From contig VHCW01000007.1 in the NCBI GenBank assembly GCA_016871575.1, forward strand, positions 19,616 to 83,615: DNA of 64,000 nucleotides. Reading direction: 5' to 3'. The notes beneath the pieces were generated by a model. That model did no database searches. It saw nothing but the letters and a program-made list of their open reading frames with translations, and was not told where the DNA came from. The position numbers and the translations under genes are program-made. Shown here in pieces: positions 17,301 through 24,300 of the stretch; the first letter of the stretch is position 1, and each line of letters begins with the position of its first letter. The stretch is from Verrucomicrobiota bacterium (GTDB lineage: Bacteria > Verrucomicrobiota > Verrucomicrobiia > Palsa-1439).

Positions 17301-17350
17301 CAACCGAGGTGAACGACGAGACCGCCTAATATGAGAGCAAGGAATGTCAT
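14315..17350 (-). CDS. Paralog P5: methyltransferase-like fold + split beta-propeller, without a normal signal peptide
   Basis: ORF 14315..17494. The start is trimmed to ATG 17350 (MTFLALILGGLVVHLGCGDGKQTAAL), which forms an ATGA overlap with the P6 stop (17347..17349). It has the same motif series (HHHHRCYRNKAT, DWPTFRRD, WRFRAAP, QLESAWPVHGSVLA). Confidence 0.85.
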   Translation of the reverse strand: MTFLALILGGLVVHLGCGDGKQTAALRTSENVVVHGLDADVTDARKNIRALGLYGPVSVAPWTGERLPYADNLVNMVVADKLGKLPMSEVMRVLVPNGVAMIGGKKTVKPWPKEIDEWTHYLHGADGNPVANDSVVGPPKHYQWIEGPMWLRDHETDSSVSTLVTAQGRLFAIVDEAPIGLAGQHSLPDKWSLIARDAFNGVLLWKVPIRRWGWREWKDTWFNSRPGDIPLNIQKRLVASDDKVYVTLGYQAPVTELDARTGEILQTYAGTERTNEILFHNGVLVLSVLSGDGVKVMAVNAATGKMLWTSAKTFKGTTTDYIKWVITPISPTVPKLDPASNIATDGKVVALIDGPEIVCLDARTGTEKWRSAFPLDDDDKKRGEGGNLWVGTMIVRDGVVLHASPAKLAALSADTGKVLWSQPKKYIGHLWYSWKDVFVIGDLVWTWSAELEAGEFEGGKKGKQRTSWPKSVNGYDLHTGAQKKEVPVGSIFKAHHHHRCYRNKATTRYILASRRGTEYVDLEEGKHTVHNWVRSTCHVGMMPANGLQYVPPHPCACYIEEKLNGFFALAPERKLKAESSKLKEERLERGPAFELTTHHSPLTDSDWPTFRRDAARTGSVNTQVPDNAAPVWSVKLGNNATPPIVVGDRVFVAIPDEHHVVCLDARDGKKLWEFAAGGRIDSSPTWHNGAVLFGSADGWAYCVRASDGALAWRFRAAPEERLITVYGQLESAWPVHGSVLAQGGKAYVSAGRSSELDGGIHLFGLDPATGQVLHQNKLEGPDYAVNTAGKLVMCPQPPDGPAEFDSNFRLPMGALSDVMMGDGKLVFMRSLAFDAELKRQRGDTELSPRSGFLDETYFKRTPWSFGKQADYGNLIVHDKQSVYYVRQFDSLKGLDPTVFFTPGAKGYLLFAKNVGTKKESWSLRIPVRVRAMAQTSDRLFVAGPPDVVDAKDPLGAFEGRLGGLLYAVDSATGKKVSELKLDSPPVLNGIAAANRRLFVATTDGRLVCLGR
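15542..15569. repeat. Heptanucleotide tandem repeat (GGTGAGT)x4, perfect, in the P5 linker
   Basis: Read directly. It encodes LTTHHSPLT before DSDWPTF. Confidence 0.95.
15614..15634. repeat. Second heptanucleotide tract (GCTTTCN)x3 in P5, 45 nt from the first
   Basis: Read directly: gctttct gctttca gctttcg. It encodes KLKAESSKLK. The unit is related to the P3 tract unit (GCTTTCT in another register). Confidence 0.8.
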
Positions 17351-20300
17351 TTGTTTTCTCCGTAGCAAAGCACCGTGCCGTCTGACATGGCGACGTAAAG
17401 CCTGCCGTTCGCGGCGGCCATGCCGTCGAAGACGGGCGGAGCGGACAGCTTGATTTCCGACACCTTGCTGCCGTCCTTCGTCGAAACCAACCACAACACT
17501 GCGCCGAGCCGTCCCTCAAACGAACCGTACGGATCGGTGGACGGCACAATGTCCGGCGGCCCGGCCAGCGCAAGATGTTCGCCGGCGACAACCATTGCGC
17601 GGACGCGGACGGGAATCTTCCCCTGCCAGCGCGGCGGTTTCTGGCGCTGGAACATGCCGATTCTGCCTTCGGTCCCTTCGCTTGATTCGTTGGCGTTGTC
17701 GTCGGCGATGAGGTCGTAGCCGTCCCTGCCGGCGGTGAAGTGCGGGCTGCGGCTGAATTGCGTGTTGAAATATTTCACCGCGTACGTGGTGGCGTTGTCG
17801 AATACAAGCATCTGTCCCTGCTTCGGCGCGCCGATGGCAAATTGCGCGCCCGGCCAGTGCTCGGAATACATCCAGTAGAGCCGGTCGAAACCGGAATCAT
17901 CGAGAAACCCGCCGGTAGCCAACAGGCGGCGATCGGTCTTGCGCACGCCCGAAGCGGCGAGCATCGGCGCGTCGAGCTTGTTGAGTTTCAGGTCGAACAC
18001 GTATTGGAGCATGAAGAGCTTGTCGCCGCTGCACACGAGGATGTCGCTGCTCGTCCCCTCCATCGCATGCGGATGACGTTCCTTCGCCGGGACAGTCCAC
18101 GGGCCGTCGAGGTGTTGCTGGTAGAGTTGCTTGCCGGTGGCCACGTCGAGTCCGTAGAGATAAATCCCGCCATCGAGGAACGACGACCGTCCTGCCGAGC
18201 AGTACGCCACGTTGTCTTTCACCAACACGCTGCCGTGCACCGGCCACGCCGATTCGAGGTGGCCGTACGAGACAATGATCTTCTTGCGAGGCGCCGCCTC
18301 GAAACGCCACGCGAGTTCGCCATCGGCGGCGTTGAGACAATAGACCGCGCCGTCGGCGCAACCGAACAGCACGCGTCCTTGCGCGATGGTCGGCGGCGAA
18401 TCCACCGGCCCTCCGGCGATGTAGCTCCAACGTTCCCCTCCGGTCTCGGCGTCGAGACAATAGACGGCGTGCGAGTCTTTTCCGCCGACGTAGAGCGATT
18501 TGCCCGCGATCACCGGCGCAGTGATGCGTCCGGGAAGTTTCGCCGACCAAGCTTGGTTCAGGTTGGCGGGCAGACTTGTTCCGGCGTTTCCGCTGCGCGC
18601 GTTGTCTTTGCGGTACGTTGGCCAATCGTTGCTGGTGAGTGGTGAGTGGTGAGTGGTGGAGTAGGCTGGTCCCCGTTCCAATCGCTCAGTGGTCGTGGCT
18701 TGTTGTTCGCCGCTTGTCGTGAACGCGTTGAAGCCGTTCATCTGGACGCCGGGCTGGCAGCGGCACGGCGTGGGCGGGACGTAAAGGAAACCGTTCGCCG
18801 GAACAAAACCGGAACGGCAGACCGTGCGGCACCAATCGTTGCCCGAATGATTCTTGTCCGTCCGAATGTCCACAAACTCAACGCCGCGCTTCGACCAGAT
18901 GAGATAATCCTCGGTCGCCTTCGAGCGGTAACAGCGCGGATGATGCCCGGCGGTGAACAACTCGCCCACATCAATTGACTTCGCGATTTCTCCGGTCTGG
19001 AGATTCAATCCCTTGGTCGTCATCGTGCCGGCCCACGCGAGGCCGTTGGCGACCATCAAGTCCGGCACGCCGCGAAAGCTCGAGCCGATCACCTCGCTCG
19101 TCCGCCACAACAACTTGCCGTCGGCAAGCGAGTGGACGTTCAGGCCGTTGACCACGAACAACACCTTGTCGCCTGCCATCAACAGCGACGCGCCCATCTG
19201 GGCGTCGTTGTTCTGCCGAGAGTTCACCGGCGTCTTCCACCGCTCCTGGCCAGTCTGCAAATCAAGCGCCGTCAATTCTTCCGCGTTCAAAAAACAGACG
19301 CCCCTCTTCGTTGCCGCCAGCGATAACGGAAGCATCCGTCCCCCCGGTTTCTTCCAAAGCGTTTTCCCGGAACTCAACTCGATGGCCACGACGTTCGCTT
19401 CCGGGAATTGACGGGCTGGCGCGGCGGCTTTCTTGACTTTGCCCTTGCCCTTGCCGGCGGCAGTTGCCGGTTGGGGACGTGGTCCGTCGGGAATCACGCA
19501 AACTCGCGCCACGAGAATGCCGTCGCATACGACGATCTCCTCGGTGGTGGCGGTATCGGCAAACTCGCGCAACGTCTTGCCGGTGACGGCGTCCAGTTCA
19601 CTCACCGGCGCGCGATAGCCCATCGTCATATAAACGCGGTCGCCCACGGCCACGACGCGCCGCGTCACCGTCGGCGGCAACGCCCACATTTCTTCTTTCG
19701 GAATGGCGAGGAACGGAATCCGTCCCGCCTCCCAAAAGCTGGGGCCCCATTTCGGAATCGGACGCTTCCAAAGCTGAACGCCATTGAAAGCGTCTTGTGC
19801 AATCAACGACCACTTGTCCGGGAACCGTCGTTCCGCCGGCGGCAACGGCGTGTCGTGAACGCCCGTCGGCCCTTCGTCCTGAATGCTGAAAATCCGCCCG
19901 CCGGCCGTGACCACTACGGCGACGCTGATGTCCACTTCGTGACTCCGGCACCAACGCGGCGCGCTGACCCATTGCAGTTGACGCGGCGGCCCAACTTTCT
20001 TGTCCTGCGAGACCGGGTTGCCGGAAGCGTTGTGCAAATAGTGCGACCACTCGTCAATTTCCGGCGGACGCGGCTTGACGATTTTTTGACCGCCGACGAG
20101 CGCGGTGCCGTTCGGCACGAGCACGCGGAGCGCCTCGTCTTTTGGGATCTGACTCCCTTCGTTGACGATGAGCGTGTTCACCAGATTATCGGTGTACGGA
20201 AGGCGGCTGCCACTGAGAATGTCGGCGAAGACGGAGCAACGGCGAAGCGCGTTGCAGGTCTTCGCGTCCGGAGCAAGACAGTGGACGAGGTTGCCCTGCT

Positions 20301-20415
20301 TGGCGAGCGCGCGTGCTTGGTCGGCGTCCTTTGCGCCCACGATAACGTAGAGGCCGCCAGCGTGCGCACTCGACACGAAAACGAACAACAGGACGGCAAG
20401 AATTCTCATTTGCAT
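17347..20415 (-). CDS. Paralog P6: signal peptide + degenerate methyltransferase-like fold + split beta-propeller
   Basis: ORF 17347..20415 (MQMRILAVLLFVFVSSAHAGGLYVIVGAKDADQ). An alternative start at ATG 20409 would form an ATGA overlap with the upstream stop at 20406..20408. Motifs seen: GHHPRCYRSKAT, NDWPTYRKD, WRFEAAP, HLESAWPVHGSVLV. Confidence 0.9.
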   Translation of the reverse strand: MQMRILAVLLFVFVSSAHAGGLYVIVGAKDADQARALAKQGNLVHCLAPDAKTCNALRRCSVFADILSGSRLPYTDNLVNTLIVNEGSQIPKDEALRVLVPNGTALVGGQKIVKPRPPEIDEWSHYLHNASGNPVSQDKKVGPPRQLQWVSAPRWCRSHEVDISVAVVVTAGGRIFSIQDEGPTGVHDTPLPPAERRFPDKWSLIAQDAFNGVQLWKRPIPKWGPSFWEAGRIPFLAIPKEEMWALPPTVTRRVVAVGDRVYMTMGYRAPVSELDAVTGKTLREFADTATTEEIVVCDGILVARVCVIPDGPRPQPATAAGKGKGKVKKAAAPARQFPEANVVAIELSSGKTLWKKPGGRMLPLSLAATKRGVCFLNAEELTALDLQTGQERWKTPVNSRQNNDAQMGASLLMAGDKVLFVVNGLNVHSLADGKLLWRTSEVIGSSFRGVPDLMVANGLAWAGTMTTKGLNLQTGEIAKSIDVGELFTAGHHPRCYRSKATEDYLIWSKRGVEFVDIRTDKNHSGNDWCRTVCRSGFVPANGFLYVPPTPCRCQPGVQMNGFNAFTTSGEQQATTTERLERGPAYSTTHHSPLTSNDWPTYRKDNARSGNAGTSLPANLNQAWSAKLPGRITAPVIAGKSLYVGGKDSHAVYCLDAETGGERWSYIAGGPVDSPPTIAQGRVLFGCADGAVYCLNAADGELAWRFEAAPRKKIIVSYGHLESAWPVHGSVLVKDNVAYCSAGRSSFLDGGIYLYGLDVATGKQLYQQHLDGPWTVPAKERHPHAMEGTSSDILVCSGDKLFMLQYVFDLKLNKLDAPMLAASGVRKTDRRLLATGGFLDDSGFDRLYWMYSEHWPGAQFAIGAPKQGQMLVFDNATTYAVKYFNTQFSRSPHFTAGRDGYDLIADDNANESSEGTEGRIGMFQRQKPPRWQGKIPVRVRAMVVAGEHLALAGPPDIVPSTDPYGSFEGRLGAVLWLVSTKDGSKVSEIKLSAPPVFDGMAAANGRLYVAMSDGTVLCYGENK
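18634..18661. repeat. Heptanucleotide tandem repeat (GGTGAGT)x3 plus one imperfect unit in the P6 linker
   Basis: Read directly: ggtgagt ggtgagt ggtgagt ggtggag. It encodes STTHHSPLTS. The unit and peptide are the same as in P5. Confidence 0.9.
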
Positions 20416-21398
20416 TGTTGGGCGATCTCCTCTACCGACAAGGCGGCGTCGAAATGTTTCACTTCGTCAATCACGCCCTCGAACGCGTCGGTGAGTTCGA
20501 TGGCGCTGTTGCCGACATCAAAGCCAATCTCCATTCCCTGTCCGCCGTTGCTCGTCATCAGGCCGCCGGTTTTGGCCGACGCGGCGAGCTTGCCGTTGAC
20601 GTACAACTCGATGCGGTCGTTCGCGACGACGCCGGCCAAGTGGCTCCAGCCAGCGCCGATCTTCTCGCGGCCGGTAACGATGTCGGCGCCTTCTTTCGAG
20701 CGACGAATCCCGAACTTGGGAAAGCCGTCCTTGAGATAAAGCGAGTAGCCGCAGAACGCGCCGCCGCGCGCGACGACCACGCCGGTCGGCGCATCGGCCT
20801 TGACCCACGCCATGATCGTGAACGGCGTCTTGGCAACCGATGGTTTTTGTGTGCGGCCCAGCTCGATGTACTTGCCCTTGCCGAAACGCAACGCCGCGCC
20901 GACTTTGCCCTCGGCGACCGTGCAGCCCTTGATCTCGCCGTCGGTGGCCTTGCCGCTCACATCTTTTGCGACTTTCGTGTTTTTGTCGTCGAAACTCCAA
21001 TGCGCCGACAGCACCGGCGGCTTGGTCGGCGGAACGATCTTGATCGCGCCGTACTGCACCAACAGCCACGTGATGTGCGGAACGTCGGCGTCCTTTTCCT
21101 TCAACATTGCCTTGAGCGGCTCGATGATCTTGGCATCGTGAAGCTCTCGCAACGCCCACGCGGCTTGGTCGCGCACAACCCACTCCGGGTCGCGGAGCGC
21201 GCGCAACAAAGCGTCGGCGGCCCGCGCGTCCTTGACCTCGCCGAGCGCGTAGGCGGCATAGAACCGGTGGTTCTTGTCCTTGTGACCGAGCGCCTCGATC
21301 AGTTTCGGCACATCGCGCACCGAGGCCAACGCCCGCACCCCCTGTTCCTGCGCGGCGCACACGCCGGCCAGCAGCGCGAACAACAAACACCACGTCAT
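20406..21398 (-). CDS. Secreted HEAT-repeat + LamG/concanavalin-A-like lectin domain protein
   Basis: 330 aa with a signal peptide (MTWCLLFALLAGVCAAQ). HEAT-like repeats: AAYALGEVKDARAADALLRALRDPEWVVRDQAAWALREL. LamG-like C-terminus: FTIMAWVKADAPTG...GYSLYLKDGFPKFGI...WSHLAGVVANDRIELYVNGKL...FEGVIDEVKHF. There is an ATGA overlap with the P7 stop. Confidence 0.85.
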   Translation of the reverse strand: MTWCLLFALLAGVCAAQEQGVRALASVRDVPKLIEALGHKDKNHRFYAAYALGEVKDARAADALLRALRDPEWVVRDQAAWALRELHDAKIIEPLKAMLKEKDADVPHITWLLVQYGAIKIVPPTKPPVLSAHWSFDDKNTKVAKDVSGKATDGEIKGCTVAEGKVGAALRFGKGKYIELGRTQKPSVAKTPFTIMAWVKADAPTGVVVARGGAFCGYSLYLKDGFPKFGIRRSKEGADIVTGREKIGAGWSHLAGVVANDRIELYVNGKLAASAKTGGLMTSNGGQGMEIGFDVGNSAIELTDAFEGVIDEVKHFDAALSVEEIAQQCK

Positions 21399-24300
21399 TT
21401 GATTTCCACCGGGCTGAATTCGGTCACGGCGTTCATCACGTAGTAGCCGACGTGGGTGATCTGTTTCAACGGCGCGGTCAGCGGCGCTTCAATGGCCTTG
21501 CCGGGCAGGGTCATTCTAACTTTCTTGGCCGCGAAATCCACGGTCACCTCGACGGCAATGGATTTACCGGCTTCACTGACAAACTCGTCCATTGTGGTGC
21601 CGGTTTTGGCGGCGCCTTGGATGATGTAGCATTTCTTGGTGCGCAGACGGACACCGCACTTGATGAGTTTGTCTTCCGCGGCGCCGTCGCCAAACACGAG
21701 GAACCCGGTCTGCAGTTTGCCTCCGGTGTTGGGTTGAATCTTCAGCGTGAATATCACCGGCTTGGTCAGCGGCGCGGCGAGCTGCTTGAGGGCGAGACCG
21801 TTTTCGCCTTCGTCCGCGGTGAGTTTGTAACCAAGGCCACCGCTGGTCACCGTGACGGCGGAGAGAACATGGAAGTCGGGATGAGTCCGTTGTTCCGGCT
21901 TTGTTCCGGTTTTGGGCGCGGTTTTTGGTGCGGCCTTGGCGGCGCCTTTTCCTTTGGACGTCGTCACGGGTGGAATTTCGCCGGTGGGTTTGTCGGCGTC
22001 GCCGCGCGGCGTTACCACCTGATCCGTCGCGGCGGGCAACGGCTGGCTGCCGCCCGCACCGAAGCAGTGAACCTTGCCGTCCAGCGTCGAGAGATAGACT
22101 TGGCCATACGCCGTGGCGAGGCCGTCGAAAACCGGCGCGGCCTTGAGCCGGTAGGTTGCGATCTTCTTGCCATCCTCAACGCCGATGGCGGCGAGCAACG
22201 CGCCACGCTTGCCTTCGAGCGCGGCTTCCTGCTCGGCGAGTTTCTTCTTCACCTCAAGATCGCCGAGTGTATTACTGAGTTTCTCCTCGTCCACCAGATC
22301 GGGTACGCCGGCGACGAACAATGTCTTGTCAGCCAACGCCATCGAGGTGACTTGCATGGAGAGTTCATTCGACCACTCGTGGGCGAAACGCGTCAGTGGT
22401 CTTTGATTCAAGGTGCCTTTTGGTTTGCCATCGGCCTTCTTCGGTCGCTTTGGCGGCTCTGAGCCCATCCGGACCTGCTCCGGATCTCTTGGCGCAGAGA
22501 AGAGGTGATGCTCGATCGGCGTGGTCCAACGATAATACTGCCAAAGCCGGCCGAAGCCGTACACGTTCTTGTCGTCGAAGACAAGCATCCGGCCCGACGG
22601 CGTGACGCGGCCGGCTTGATAATAGCCGCCGGCGCCGGAGGCGAACGCGCGGCCAAACGTCCAATACGTGCGATGCCACATCGTGTCGTCGAGGAAACCG
22701 GTCGGGCTGAACAAATGCCGGTCATCGCCTTGCTGGTCCTTCACGTCGTTGACACCGATCACCCTCCGTTTGCCGTCCATGTCCATCACCAGCGTTCGCA
22801 TATAGACGTTCTTGCCGTCGCTGGAGAGGATGTCCGCCAACGCGGTCGGCATGTTCAAGCCCTTGATATGCGATTGCAGGTTCGTCTTGGTGATCGGATC
22901 GTTGTCGTCCATGACGATCTCGGTGAGTTTCTTGCCGGTCTTCGGGTCGAGACGGAATATCCGCAAGCCGCCGTCGAGGAACATCGAGCGGCCGGCGACG
23001 CAGTAGAGCGTGTTGCTCTGCACGAGCACGCTGCCGCTGACGGGCCAGACGCTTTCGAGTTGCTCGAAACAGAAGTGCCGCCGGTCTTCCGGCGCGGCGC
23101 GGAATCGCCACGCGAACGCGCCGTCGGTGGCGCGCAGGCAATAGACGTAGCCGTCGGTGCCGCCGAACAACACGCGGCCCTCCCAGATCGTGGGCGGGGA
23201 ATCAATGCGTCCGCCGGCGGTGTAGCTCCAGAGTTTCCGGCCGGTGCTCGCATCAAGCGAGACGATCTCGTGGCGGTCTATCACGGCGACGAACAACAGT
23301 CCGCCGGCGATGACGGGCGAGGTGATCTTGCCGCCGAGGTCCATTTCCCAGGTGCTCTTCAGTTCGGTGGCGGGCACCGTCGTCTTCACGTAACCGCTGC
23401 GGGCCGCGTTGCCGCGATAGGTGGGCCAATCGGAATCGGACATTTCAAAAGTGAAATCGGAAACATCGCTTTTGATGAGTCGGCCCTCGTCGGACACTTC
23501 GCGTTTTGGCTGCCATAACTTCGTCATCGGCGCGAGCGCGTTGAAGCCGGAGAGTTTTGCGTCGAGGTAACAGGCGCACGGGTTGGGCGCGTTGTAGATC
23601 ATGCCGTTGGCGGGCATGAAACCGTAGAGGCATGCACCGCGGACCCAATGATGACAGGTCCAGTGCGCGTTGGCGATGTCCACGAACTCGATGCCGGTGC
23701 GCGAGAAGAACAGGAAGTTTTCAGTGGCTTTCTGCCGGTAGCAGCGTTGATGGAACCAGTGGGTCTTCACATCCGGCGGAAACTCTTTCACGACCTTGCC
23801 GGTGTGAATGTCGCGGCCGGTCGTGTTGCCCGTGCCGGAGCCTTGAGCCGTGTCGCCATACCAGACGACGCCCTTGATCACGAGGAGGTCCTTCGGGCTG
23901 CCGGCGTGGCCTTGGGGCGGGTGCTCGGCTTCCCAGAGCCGTTTGCCGGTGCGCGCGGAGAGCGCGTACATCGTTGTGCCTTCGCCCTTGAGCTTCTTCG
24001 CGTCGCCGCTGTAGCCGGAGAACAACAATACGTCGTCATACACGACCAACGTCGGCGTGGACGAGGCTTTCAACGTCCGCTGGCACGGCGTCTCGGTGGC
24101 CCACACCGGCGCGCCGGTCTTGCGGTTGAGGCAGACAACCTTGACGCCGTCGTGGAGATAGACCGATTGGTTGTCGGCGGCCAATGTCGCCGGCATCAGG
24201 TTGGTGATCTTCTTCCACAACAATCTTCCGCTGCTTACCTCGATGGCCACGACGGTGCGCGGCAGATCGCCCCACTGGGGGCCGGTCACGTCGGCGCGGA

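Noticed and set aside
17351-17494. 48-aa N-terminal extension of the P5 ORF overlapping the 3' end of P6
   Set aside because: The extension (MVGFDEGRQQGVGNQAVRSARLRRHG...) is Arg-rich and overlaps a conserved coding region in another frame. The ATGA-coupled start at 17350 matches the pattern at two other junctions.
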